A stretch of 64,000 nt of DNA, taken from Candidatus Dojkabacteria bacterium. GTDB lineage: Bacteria > Patescibacteriota > Dojkabacteria > SC72 > JAHDCA01. Shown in pieces: positions 46,489 to 55,330 of this stretch. Position 1 is the first letter of the stretch; each line of letters begins with the position of its first letter. Made by a program: the position numbers and the translations under genes. The stretch spans positions 843,686 to 907,685 of the forward strand of contig CP129478.1 of NCBI GenBank assembly GCA_030583845.1, written 5' to 3'. The notes beneath the pieces are model-generated. The model saw nothing but the letters and a program-made list of their open reading frames with translations, was not told the DNA's origin and did no database searches.

Positions 46489-46776
46489 ATGTCAAAGACA
46501 GCAGCAGCAGGAAGCGTAAAAATTTCACCAAATGTTCCAGGTAAGAGACTGGGTGTAAAGATCTATGCTGGTGAATCAGTAAGAAACGGAAATATCATCG
46601 TCCGACAGCGCGGTACAGTATTTCATGCAGGTAGGAACACAAAGCTTTCCCGCGACCACTCAATTTATGCCGTAACAGACGGATTTGTAAACTTCAGAAG
46701 GATGTCAGGCCACAAGAGGGGTAAATATTTTGTAGACGTGCTTGATGCTCCAACCCAGACTGAGTCTGCAGAGTAA
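46489..46776 (+). CDS. rpmA: 50S ribosomal protein L27
   Basis: [32 protein letters not shown] core motif. Confidence 0.9.
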   Translation: MSKTAAAGSVKISPNVPGKRLGVKIYAGESVRNGNIIVRQRGTVFHAGRNTKLSRDHSIYAVTDGFVNFRRMSGHKRGKYFVDVLDAPTQTESAE

Positions 46777-46873
46777 AGCTCCGAGGACAGGAGTAAGATC
46801 TTCTAAGTAATCGCTTCCCATCCCTATAGATTTTGTGTCATATTAAATCAGTTAATTCAAGCAGCCTACAGAA

Positions 46874-47644
46874 ATGCCAAAGCGCAAATATGCCCAGATC
46901 GAAAATAAGAACGCTATCCTCGAAATCCTAGAGGAGGGAAAAGATTTTGAAAAAATCTATCTCGCCAACAACGCATTCAAAGACCCGAAGACCAAGAAAA
47001 TAATGCAGATCGCCAATGCTCGTGGCATTCCAGTTGAGAAAATTGCTCGCCGATCAATCACCCGTCGCTCCAAGACATCAAGCGCTGAGAGCGTCATTGC
47101 CCTTATGGAGATCGACAACCAGGTGACTATCGATGATATGCTCCAGGGTATCTATGCCAAAGACCAAGACCCATTTATCCTCGTCTTCAGCGATGTGAGA
47201 TATGGGCACAATATCGGTGCAATCTTCCGCACAGCATTTGCCGCGGGTGTAAATGGTGTGATCACGCCTGTTGAGAAAGCAAACCTGCTCTCAGACGAGA
47301 CAATCCGCATCTCAATGGGAACCTGCTTGCGCATCCCTATCGCAGAGATGAGCCTATTTGCAGCATTGAAAGAGCTTCAGCGCAACGCGATCGAGGTTGT
47401 TTCGCTTGATATGGAGGGTGAGTCTCTATTCGAAGCCAACCTTACTGGTCCAAAGGCACTGGTACTAGGCGCCGAGGATATTGGTGTGTCTCCAAAGCTG
47501 CTTGAGCGTTCTGATAGACGCGTAAAGGTGCCGATGCATCCTGGCTTAGGAGCATTGAATGTGGGTGTATCAGCTGCTGTTGTTATGTATGAGAAGTATA
47601 GGCAGGATACGACCTTGGCTCGGAAGCAGAAAATCACAGAGTAA
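46874..47644 (+). CDS. TrmH/SpoU-family RNA 2'-O-methyltransferase (RlmB-like)
   Basis: SPOUT motifs (YGHNIGAIFRTA, LVLGAEDIGVS, VKVPMHPGLGALNVGVSAAVVMYE) with an N-terminal L30e-like substrate-binding domain. Confidence 0.8.
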   Translation: MPKRKYAQIENKNAILEILEEGKDFEKIYLANNAFKDPKTKKIMQIANARGIPVEKIARRSITRRSKTSSAESVIALMEIDNQVTIDDMLQGIYAKDQDPFILVFSDVRYGHNIGAIFRTAFAAGVNGVITPVEKANLLSDETIRISMGTCLRIPIAEMSLFAALKELQRNAIEVVSLDMEGESLFEANLTGPKALVLGAEDIGVSPKLLERSDRRVKVPMHPGLGALNVGVSAAVVMYEKYRQDTTLARKQKITE

Positions 47645-47666
47645 CGGGAGCGACTCCTCTCAAAAG

Positions 47667-48611
47667 TTAGACAAGCTTCTTCATCAAATCTTCCAACTCC
47701 TCCTGGCTCATATAGCGGATAATAATCTTGCCGCCCTTGCTCATCCTTTGAATCCTCGTGGTGTGACCAAGTTTCTGTGAAAGCCTATCTACCCAATCTT
47801 TGGTACGCTTGTCGAGCTTCAGCTTTTCCTGTGATCGAGTACCCTTGCCGAAGTTAATCTTGCGAACCAGCTCCTCGGTCTCGCGAACGCTTAGGTTGCG
47901 CTTCAAGACAATATTTGCTGCTGCGATGAGAGAAGGCTCATCTGTGATGCCAAGCAGAGCCCTTGCATGTCCCTCGCTGAGCTTGTCATTCAGCACTGCT
48001 TCTCGCACTACCTCGGGAAGTCCAAGCAAGCGGATCTTGTTGGTAACAGAGACACGACTAAGGCTCATCTTTTTTGAGATGTCTGTCTGCGTCAGGCCGA
48101 ACTGATCTTGAAGCTGCTTAAATGCAAGCGCTTCTTCGATTGCGTTTAGGTCTTTGCGCTGGATATTCTCGATCAAGGCTAGCTCAAGCATCTCTTGTGG
48201 TGATGTATCTTGGATAACCACTGGTACAGTTTTCAATCCGGCAAGCTGTGCTGCTCGGAATCTTCGCTCACCAGCGATAAGATAGAAGCCGTTACCATCC
48301 TTTTTCTTGCTGATAAGAAGCGGCTGAATTACGCCATTTTGGCGAATTGAATCTGACAGCTCGACAAGGTCGCTTGGATCAATATGCATGCGTGGCTGGT
48401 ATGGGTTCGCCTCGATTTTGGTTATGTCGAACGCCTCGTTGTAGGGCGAGTCAGCACCTTGATACTCAGGGTTTGAGAGGAGGGCTGAGAGACCTTTTCC
48501 TAGCCTTGGTTCGCTATTCTTTACTTCTGCCATTTCATTAAATTCATTAAATAATTTATTAATTCTATCTTCAGGAGAATCTCTCAATAAACTCATCGGC
48601 GAGCTTACCAT
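47667..48611 (-). CDS. parB: chromosome partitioning protein ParB (Spo0J)
   Basis: ParB-box GERRFRAA, an HTH region and a KLV C-terminus. The first 41 nt of the ORF overlap the parA 3' end. Confidence 0.9.
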   Translation of the reverse strand: MVSSPMSLLRDSPEDRINKLFNEFNEMAEVKNSEPRLGKGLSALLSNPEYQGADSPYNEAFDITKIEANPYQPRMHIDPSDLVELSDSIRQNGVIQPLLISKKKDGNGFYLIAGERRFRAAQLAGLKTVPVVIQDTSPQEMLELALIENIQRKDLNAIEEALAFKQLQDQFGLTQTDISKKMSLSRVSVTNKIRLLGLPEVVREAVLNDKLSEGHARALLGITDEPSLIAAANIVLKRNLSVRETEELVRKINFGKGTRSQEKLKLDKRTKDWVDRLSQKLGHTTRIQRMSKGGKIIIRYMSQEELEDLMKKLV

Positions 48612-49359
48612 ATGCTACTGCGCCTGTAGATGAAGGGTCATAATCCACAATAGTTTTTCCATGCGAAGGTGCTTCTGAGAGCCGCACATTCCTCGGGATA
48701 ATCGATTTAAATACAACCGTGTCAAAGTACTCTTTAACTTCATTAACCACCTGGCTAGACAGCTTGGTGCGACTATCAAACATTGTTAGTACAACTCCGC
48801 CGATCGTGAGCTGTGGGTTGATGCTCTTAACCAGCTCAGTGGTTTTAAGTAGCTGGCCCAGCCCCTCAAGCGCGAAATATTCGCACTGCACAGGTATAAT
48901 CATCTTGTCAGCTGAAGTAAGCGCATTAATAGTCAGGAGTCCGAGTGATGGTGGACAGTCAATAATTGCATAGTCAATCTTGGCATTCAGGCTGCTGACA
49001 GCTTTCTTGAGCAAGGTCTCACGTGCCATCATGTTGACCATCTCAACCTCGGCACCGGCCAATGATAGGTGTGACGGCACTAAGAGGAGGTTCTCAATAT
49101 CGGTGGCGACATAGACAGAGGAGATCGGCTCTTGGGATACCAATACATCGTACACACTTTTATATGTTGCACGGCTATCTTTATCCCAAGTTTCTTCGTT
49201 ATAGGCTCGAAAACCGACTCCTGATGAGAGATTTGCCTGTGGATCTAGGTCTATAAGTAGGACCTTTTTCCCTTTCTTGGCAAGCATCGCTCCGAGGTTG
49301 ATGGCTGTTGTGGTTTTGCCTACACCACCTTTTTGATTTACGATGACGAAAGTTTTCAT
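48571..49359 (-). CDS. parA: chromosome partitioning ATPase ParA (Soj)
   Basis: Deviant Walker A KGGVGKTT and ParA blocks. Confidence 0.9.
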   Translation of the reverse strand: MKTFVIVNQKGGVGKTTTAINLGAMLAKKGKKVLLIDLDPQANLSSGVGFRAYNEETWDKDSRATYKSVYDVLVSQEPISSVYVATDIENLLLVPSHLSLAGAEVEMVNMMARETLLKKAVSSLNAKIDYAIIDCPPSLGLLTINALTSADKMIIPVQCEYFALEGLGQLLKTTELVKSINPQLTIGGVVLTMFDSRTKLSSQVVNEVKEYFDTVVFKSIIPRNVRLSEAPSHGKTIVDYDPSSTGAVAYGKLADEFIERFS

Positions 49360-49435
49360 AATGTTTCACAGAACTGCCTATGCATCATTTTACATGAAGC
49401 ACGAACTTTTACAAAGCAAATATGAAACTTCTCGA

Positions 49436-50038
49436 TTAATAGTTAGGATGCTGAATGATCCTAAAGTTGCTGAGTGGGAAGTAAACAAACCAGACACGTC
49501 CTTTAACGTCGTCCTGCTTAACTGGGCCAAAAGCTCTTGAGTCGGTGCTGTGAGGTCGGTTATCACCAGATGCGAAAATTTCACCCTCTTTAACGGTATA
49601 GGTCTCTCCTTCATGCAGGAAAGTCCCGCCCTCAGTATAGACCGTGTCCGCAAGATACTCAGACTCATCCAGCATCTCGCCGTTTATGTAGTAATTGCCA
49701 TCTAGCACGCTCACATCATCCCCAGGGACGGCAATAACGCGCTTAATATAATCTTGAGTAGGTGAGTGCTTGAAGATGACTACATCGCCTCTCTCCGGGT
49801 CTTTAAACTTGTAAACCAGCTTGTTTGCGATTAGGTACTCACCCTCTACGAAATTTGGCTGCATCGATCGGCCAATCACCTCGTGTGGAGTGACCAAAAA
49901 GAGATATAAAACAACACAGATAGCCAACGCTATGACTATGGCTTCAATACTTTCAAATACAAATGATCCTACTCCTCCCAGTACTCCGGAAAGTTTGGCG
50001 AATCCTTGCTTTGCTTCGGGTGTTGGTGTGTCGTACAT
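49436..50038 (-). CDS. lepB: signal peptidase I (S26)
   Basis: N-terminal TM, catalytic GRSMQP (Ser), KRVIAVPGD (Lys) and a GDNRxxSxDSR box. Confidence 0.85.
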   Translation of the reverse strand: MYDTPTPEAKQGFAKLSGVLGGVGSFVFESIEAIVIALAICVVLYLFLVTPHEVIGRSMQPNFVEGEYLIANKLVYKFKDPERGDVVIFKHSPTQDYIKRVIAVPGDDVSVLDGNYYINGEMLDESEYLADTVYTEGGTFLHEGETYTVKEGEIFASGDNRPHSTDSRAFGPVKQDDVKGRVWFVYFPLSNFRIIQHPNY

Positions 50039-50146
50039 CTATTCGGGCAGTAAATTAATCTCGCCGTTCTGATTACTACAGCTTATTTGATAATTGCTTA
50101 AGTGTAAAGAGTATATCGGTGTGGGATTTAAAAGGGGGTTAAGGAT

Positions 50147-50458
50147 TTATTCCTCAGTGCCTTCAAGATAGATTCTTTTTGAAAAATCTCCGTTCTTGGA
50201 TGCTTTTTCACTGCGAATCTTCTCTAGATCTTCGAAACTAACACCAAGCAGGTCACAATAAGCATAAATAATCTCAAGGACATCGCCTAACTCTACGATT
50301 TCATGCTCTTCTATAAATTCAGCCAGCTCTTCGCTGAATTTTTTATCTAGTTCCGCAAGGAATTCATCCTTTAGGAGTGTCCTTGTGATGGGCTTCCTGC
50401 CTTCACTCTCTATTGTTTCAGGGATCTTGTCTCTTACTAGCTTGCCAATTTTCTTCAT
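50147..50458 (-). CDS. MazG-like nucleotide pyrophosphohydrolase domain protein (small all-alpha NTP-PPase)
   Basis: KLVRDKIPE N-terminus and an EE/ELxDVLE helical pattern typical of MazG/HisE-like NTP pyrophosphatases. Confidence 0.6.
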   Translation of the reverse strand: MKKIGKLVRDKIPETIESEGRKPITRTLLKDEFLAELDKKFSEELAEFIEEHEIVELGDVLEIIYAYCDLLGVSFEDLEKIRSEKASKNGDFSKRIYLEGTEE

Positions 50459-50484
50459 AGTGTGTGTGTGGAAAAGTTATAAAC

Positions 50485-50556
50485 TACCGCCACGGGGAAT
50501 CGAACCCCGATTGCTGGGATGAAAACCCAGTGTCCTAGCCGTTAGACGATGGCGGC
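50485..50556 (-). tRNA. tRNA-Glu (UUC), CCA not encoded
   Basis: RNA sense GCCGCCATCGTCTAACGGCTAGGACACTGGGTTTTCATCCCAGCAATCGGGGTTCGATTCCCCGTGGCGGTA. D-arm resembles bacterial tRNA-Glu. Anticodon loop TTTTCAT. One G-U in the acceptor. Confidence 0.75.
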
Positions 50557-50608
50557 ATATATCACCTCACTGCGTGAAGTGGCGTCAATAATGAGCAAAC
50601 AGGACATT

Positions 50609-50884
50609 TTACTTCAAAACACCCCTTTTGTTAAGGAATTCTTTCTCTTCACTAGCTGAGGCACGTCTGTACTGGTTAGAATCTTGATCTAACACATATC
50701 TGCGGTTGCACTTGCAGGTAACCATTACTTTGTTGGTACGGAAAGCTTCGCGCTTGCCGATGTTATCGAGTGAGTGTGTGCACCCAGGACAAAGCCTGCG
50801 TTTCAAGAGGACTACTTGGAATGGAAGCAAAAATTTCTTTATCACAGTTGTTACAATAATTAATCTTAATAATTTGCAGTTCAA
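50609..50884 (-). CDS. hypothetical small Cys-containing (zinc-ribbon-like) protein; start uncertain
   Basis: CPGC...CKC pattern. Between two tRNA genes. Weak. Confidence 0.25.
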   Translation of the reverse strand: MNCKLLRLIIVTTVIKKFLLPFQVVLLKRRLCPGCTHSLDNIGKREAFRTNKVMVTCKCNRRYVLDQDSNQYRRASASEEKEFLNKRGVLK

Positions 50885-50916
50885 CTGCGCTAGCTATAGA
50901 TGCCCCAGATTTAATC

Positions 50917-51002
50917 TGCTGAGGAGAGGACTCGAACCTCCACAGGATTTTAATCCCACATGGTCCTAAGCCATGCGCGTCTGCCAGTTCCGCCACCCCA
51001 GC
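50917..51002 (-). tRNA. tRNA-Leu (UAG), type II with long variable arm, CCA not encoded
   Basis: RNA sense GCTGGGGTGGCGGAACTGGCAGACGCGCATGGCTTAGGACCATG...GGAGGTTCGAGTCCTCTCCTCAGCA. Anticodon loop CTTAGGA. Confidence 0.8.
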
Positions 51003-51080
51003 AATTCATATAAGCGGCCTATTTTAGCACAAAATTTTCAAAATGTGAGATCAAATTTAATCTGCATAATTGTGTAGTAT

Positions 51081-52175
51081 TTAGCTGTGGGAGCCAAATA
51101 CTTGCAGCTCGGGCTTAGAGTGGTCTGCCGAGTCTTTCTTCAGTAGCTTATAGTAGGTACCTCTTCCAACACCTTTAATCTCGATATATCCCTCTTCAAC
51201 AAGCTGCTGTAAATCTCTATAAGCCGTCATAAATGAAACGCCCATTAGCTTCCTTACCTCCGATCGGGTCACCTTTTCATTGTTTTCCATATAATCTAGC
51301 AGCTTCTTTTGCCTATTATTAAGCTTCTCTGACAGCTTACCGTGCAATTTTACCTTTCTTTCATACACATTTAGGTATCGTTGCTCAAGGCTAAGGTACT
51401 CATTCGACATAGTGTAAAGAAATGCTTCGATAAACACTGTGAGATCGCGGTTTGACCTCGAAATTTTAAAGGCCGACTTGAGATCTTCACCGATAAAGTT
51501 GAGCGCCTTCGCAATTGACAGCATGCTGTCAGGGTTGTACTTTAGATCCTTGGTTAATGTTGAAAGGAGAAGCGTTGAGCTTAGCTGGTTGCCCGAGAGC
51601 AGAGGTGCTTTGTCGATTAGCTCATAGAGCAGGATCGCTATCTGAATCAGCTTATGAAAATTATTTCCGCGAGCGTAGATCCAATTAATGATTTCATTAA
51701 AATGGTTGGCAAAGTCGAGGTTTGGGTAGAAGTCACGCAAAGCGTACCAGCTATCGTAAAGCTCGTTTGGCTGATCAGAAAAATCACGCAATTTCCCTGC
51801 TTCCCACTCCTCTACCAATTTATTCATCTGGATCTTGTTGATATGCAGCAGTAGGTCCACAGATGGCTGCATGAAGCTCTGAGGCGTGTATGAACGCACA
51901 AAATCCATACCGTTTCGATAATTGATGTATGGAAGTAGCTTTGACCTTGCAGAGGATAAGACCTTGCCTTCTTGCACACGTTTAGCCTCGTCGTAGCCCA
52001 GCTCTTCATTAATAAGCTCTGCGATAGCTATAATGTCCTCCGCATACATTTCATTAAGTAGCTCTTCTTTGTGTATATATGGGATAGGGGTTCTGTTAAT
52101 TGTCTGAATGGCCTTTTCTATCTTGATCAGATAGTTGATAACAAGGTTTGTGTTTGTATAAGTAGGTATATTCAT
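51081..52175 (-). CDS. Fic-family-like protein with C-terminal winged-helix domain; Fic motif apparently degenerate
   Basis: Fic-like region GKLRD...HFNEIINWIYARGNNFHKLIQIAILL aligns to HPFxDGNGRxGRLL but lacks the catalytic His. C-terminal wHTH TRSEVRKLMGVSFMTAYRDLQQLVEEGYI. Confidence 0.4.
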   Translation of the reverse strand: MNIPTYTNTNLVINYLIKIEKAIQTINRTPIPYIHKEELLNEMYAEDIIAIAELINEELGYDEAKRVQEGKVLSSARSKLLPYINYRNGMDFVRSYTPQSFMQPSVDLLLHINKIQMNKLVEEWEAGKLRDFSDQPNELYDSWYALRDFYPNLDFANHFNEIINWIYARGNNFHKLIQIAILLYELIDKAPLLSGNQLSSTLLLSTLTKDLKYNPDSMLSIAKALNFIGEDLKSAFKISRSNRDLTVFIEAFLYTMSNEYLSLEQRYLNVYERKVKLHGKLSEKLNNRQKKLLDYMENNEKVTRSEVRKLMGVSFMTAYRDLQQLVEEGYIEIKGVGRGTYYKLLKKDSADHSKPELQVFGSHS

Positions 52176-52244
52176 TAAATTTTCAGGAAGGGATAACGTA
52201 ACATTATTATAACAATGTCGTAACCTGTCAAGCGGAATGGGAAT

Positions 52245-52673
52245 CTACTTTACTACAAGCCTTTCTAGTGAGTCATTTAACTCCTGATCACCCCGAAACA
52301 GAATCGTCTTTATACCTATGCGTCTTGCTGGCTCAAGATTCTGCTCTTTGTCATCAATGAAAAGCGTCTCTTCCGGTTTGATCCCAACCATTTCAAGCTC
52401 CTCGACAAGCTGGGCATATACCTGTGGATCTGGCTTTGGGAAGCATGCCTCAACAGAGGAGATCCGTATCTTAAATTGAGGCAAAATTTTCTGCTCTACA
52501 AGCTGATCCAGCCGCTTGCCGGATGTGTTTGTGAGATATCCGATCATGAGGTCATGACTATCAAGTTGCCATAGCAGAGCCTTCATCTCGTCGGTAAGCT
52601 GATAGTTAAAGGCCTCACCAGGGATTGGCGTGAAGATGACATTTAAGACATCAAAGATTACAGCTTTTATCAT
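52245..52673 (-). CDS. small HAD-like hydrolase (142 aa; motif I reads FDVLN, second Asp absent)
   Basis: HAD motif III KPDP and motif IV FIDDKEQN are present. Overlaps the next gene by 4 nt (ATGA). Confidence 0.5.
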   Translation of the reverse strand: MIKAVIFDVLNVIFTPIPGEAFNYQLTDEMKALLWQLDSHDLMIGYLTNTSGKRLDQLVEQKILPQFKIRISSVEACFPKPDPQVYAQLVEELEMVGIKPEETLFIDDKEQNLEPARRIGIKTILFRGDQELNDSLERLVVK

Positions 52674-53332
52674 GAGTGCAAGACAGTTTTAATTCTTTCG
52701 GTCGCCTTCCCCATATTTCTCATCCCTTGCCCGACAGGATAATAGGTAGGGTAGATCTTTAAGGAGTTTCCATCGATCTCCAATGGCTCAAATTCGGAGC
52801 TAAGATAGCTCGAGACTGAGATACTCCTTCCTAAGATGACCGAGCTGACCTGATTGCCAAATGTGAAAGTGATTTCAGGATTAATTAATGAAATTTCACG
52901 GTTGAAGGAGGGTAGGTACTCCTTAAAAATTGAATCAGGAAGGGGGCGGGCGTCATCTTGTGTGCATTTAGCAATATTTGTGACATATATTGAAGCACTC
53001 GCGATCTCGGAGTATAGCTCCTCTGCAAAAGCCTCATCCCATTCCTTCGGCTTCCTGTTGCTGATCTCGTCAAGCATCTTGTCATTTGTGAATAGCCCAA
53101 GAGTATGAAGCATTTTCCATACATGCTTTGTTCCTAGCCATGGCGCCAGTATACCTGACCATTCTTTTGATGAGGCAATATTCCTGCTGGTGGGATTCAT
53201 AAAGACTAGGCACACTTTTGGGTTATCGATCTTGCCTGCGCCGAAGATAGGGTTTAATTTTGGGCTGCCATGTTTGGCGTGTAGTGTCTCGAATTCTGAA
53301 AATAGCTCAGTTAGCTGCATGCTCATACACAC
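52670..53332 (-). CDS. uracil-DNA glycosylase superfamily protein (family 4-like, atypical motif A)
   Basis: PIFGAGKIDNPKVCLVFMNPTS...IYVTNIAKC aligns to family-4 UDG blocks (vFGeG...imfVGEAPG...vYiTNvvKC), with NPTS replacing EAPG. Confidence 0.5.
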   Translation of the reverse strand: MCMSMQLTELFSEFETLHAKHGSPKLNPIFGAGKIDNPKVCLVFMNPTSRNIASSKEWSGILAPWLGTKHVWKMLHTLGLFTNDKMLDEISNRKPKEWDEAFAEELYSEIASASIYVTNIAKCTQDDARPLPDSIFKEYLPSFNREISLINPEITFTFGNQVSSVILGRSISVSSYLSSEFEPLEIDGNSLKIYPTYYPVGQGMRNMGKATERIKTVLHS

Positions 53333-53453
53333 ATTATACAGGAGAGTATGTTCTAACTTTTTGTGATCTTAAGGAGTGTTCTTCCGCATCCAACCACTTG
53401 CATAATACCTCAAGTGGTTAGGAGAGGACTGAACACGACGAAAGGTCACAAAA

Positions 53454-53526
53454 AGCTGGTGGCGAGATTCGAACTCACGACCTAATCTTTACGAAAGATT
53501 TGCTCTGCCAACTGAGCTACACCAGC
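53454..53526 (-). tRNA. tRNA-Thr (CGU), CCA not encoded
   Basis: RNA sense GCTGGTGTAGCTCAGTTGGCAGAGCAAATCTTTCGTAAAGATTAGGTCGTGAGTTCGAATCTCGCCACCAGCT. Anticodon loop TTCGTAA, discriminator U. Confidence 0.85.
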
Positions 53527-53583
53527 ATTTCTTCAAGGTTGCTTGAATTTTAGCAGAAAAACGAAATATTAGTATAATGAGGC

Positions 53584-55293
53584 ATGAAAGGCGCAGACCT
53601 ATTTGTAAAATGCCTGGAGAATGAAGGAGTCAAGTATATTTTCGGCATCCCTGGGGAAGAAAATCTTGACCTTCTCGATTCATTAAAAGATTCTGAAATA
53701 AAATTCATAACTACTCGACACGAGCAGGCCGCTGCATTTATGGCTGCAACCTATGGGCGCTTGACCGGCAAGGCCGGCGTTGTGCTCTCAACTCTTGGCC
53801 CTGGCGCTACCAATTTGATGACCGGGATTGCTCATGCACAGCTTGGAGCTATGCCGCTTGTCGCAATCACAGCCGAGAAGTCGGCCAAAGATCGTCAAGA
53901 AGGGAAATTTCAGAAGGTTGAGGTGATCAAGATGATGCAAAGCATTGTGAAGGAGAGTAGTCGTGTTGATAACGGTGCGAGTATCGCGGGAACAGTAAGA
54001 GCTGCATTTTATCAAGCGGAAAATGGGCGACCTGGCGTCGTGCATATTGAGCTACCAGAAGATGTAGCTGCAGGCACATCGGAAGTGGACACTCCACTGC
54101 CTGCCGAGCTCTCAAATAATTATCCAAACAGTGCGGACATCTCTAATGCGGCGGCAGTGATTAGCGCTGCAAACAAGCCTCTGGTGGTAGTCGGCTCGGG
54201 AGCAAATCACAAAAATATCTCTGCCTCACTTACAGATTTCATTAAAACTTTAGGGGTTCCATTTATTTCAACCCAGATGGGTAAAGGTGCGGTAGATGAG
54301 CGGTTGGATAACTGTCTTGGCTGCCCGATATTTACAGAGGGGCAAAAAATTCATGAAATAGTTAATGAAGCAGATCTGATAGTTAGCATTGGATATGGCG
54401 TATATGAAAAACCGCCCTTTATTTTCAGTAAAGCAAATTCAAAGCTGCTAAGTATAAATAGCTATCCGACAGAAGATGCCGGTTTCACTTTCGAGCATGA
54501 AGTAGTTGGCGATATTCCAGCGAGCCTCAAGGCAGTTATAGAGAAGGTCGAGCAAAAGAACTATTGGAAAGGGAATTCGCTTACTGAATTTAAAGTAGAG
54601 GAGGTTAAAGGTGGGCAGCACGAGCTTTTCACAGAAAGCAATCTGCTGTTTGGTGGAGAGCTCGCCGACCAGCCCGAGTATGAGCTCGATCCGTATGAAG
54701 CCGAGTCGGTCGAGGAGACCCCAAATCACCAACCGATCAGCATTGAGCACCTAGTCCACTCGCTACGTACAGTGATTTCAAAGAACGGCATTGTCTGTCT
54801 CGACAACGGCCTATATAAGCTGGCATTTGCAGAGAAATATAAGGCTTATAAGGCAAACTCATTAATTCTCGACAACGCTCTCGCGACTATGGGTGCAGGG
54901 CTCCCTACTGCAACAGTCGCCAAGATGCTCAACCCTAGCTCGCAAGTTGTAGCTGTAGTAGGGGATGGAGGCTTCATGATGAATTCTCAAGAAATTGAGA
55001 CTATGATGCGACTCGGAGTTGCGGTTAAGATCCTACTTCTTGAGGATAAAAGCTTTGGGATGATCGAGTGGAAGCAGGAGCATCTGGGATTGAAAGAGAA
55101 TGGGCTGAAGTTCGAAAATCCTGACTGGGAGCTTTTCGCGAAGAGTTATGGCATCGCTTATACCAGATTAGGCGACCCGGATACGTTGCAGGGAGACCTC
55201 AGGAAAGGATTAATGTCCAGAAAGGCAGCCTTTATGCATATGGTTGTTGACTACACCGAAGCGAAATCGCACTTAGCAAGTGCGACTTGGTGA
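53584..55293 (+). CDS. thiamine-diphosphate-dependent enzyme, acetolactate synthase large-subunit family
   Basis: N-terminal pyrimidine-binding block (GIPGEENLDLLDSL...ATNLMTG) and a C-terminal TPP-binding GDGGFMMN motif. Confidence 0.8.
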   Translation: MKGADLFVKCLENEGVKYIFGIPGEENLDLLDSLKDSEIKFITTRHEQAAAFMAATYGRLTGKAGVVLSTLGPGATNLMTGIAHAQLGAMPLVAITAEKSAKDRQEGKFQKVEVIKMMQSIVKESSRVDNGASIAGTVRAAFYQAENGRPGVVHIELPEDVAAGTSEVDTPLPAELSNNYPNSADISNAAAVISAANKPLVVVGSGANHKNISASLTDFIKTLGVPFISTQMGKGAVDERLDNCLGCPIFTEGQKIHEIVNEADLIVSIGYGVYEKPPFIFSKANSKLLSINSYPTEDAGFTFEHEVVGDIPASLKAVIEKVEQKNYWKGNSLTEFKVEEVKGGQHELFTESNLLFGGELADQPEYELDPYEAESVEETPNHQPISIEHLVHSLRTVISKNGIVCLDNGLYKLAFAEKYKAYKANSLILDNALATMGAGLPTATVAKMLNPSSQVVAVVGDGGFMMNSQEIETMMRLGVAVKILLLEDKSFGMIEWKQEHLGLKENGLKFENPDWELFAKSYGIAYTRLGDPDTLQGDLRKGLMSRKAAFMHMVVDYTEAKSHLASATW

Positions 55294-55330
55294 AGGCGGA
55301 GTTCGTTTGACATTTGCCTGTTTCACAGAG

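Noticed and set aside
48571-48611. 41-nt overlap between parB start and parA end as a possible frameshift or pseudogene
   Set aside because: Both ORFs are full-length with all motifs. parB most likely initiates at a downstream start codon, a normal operon arrangement.
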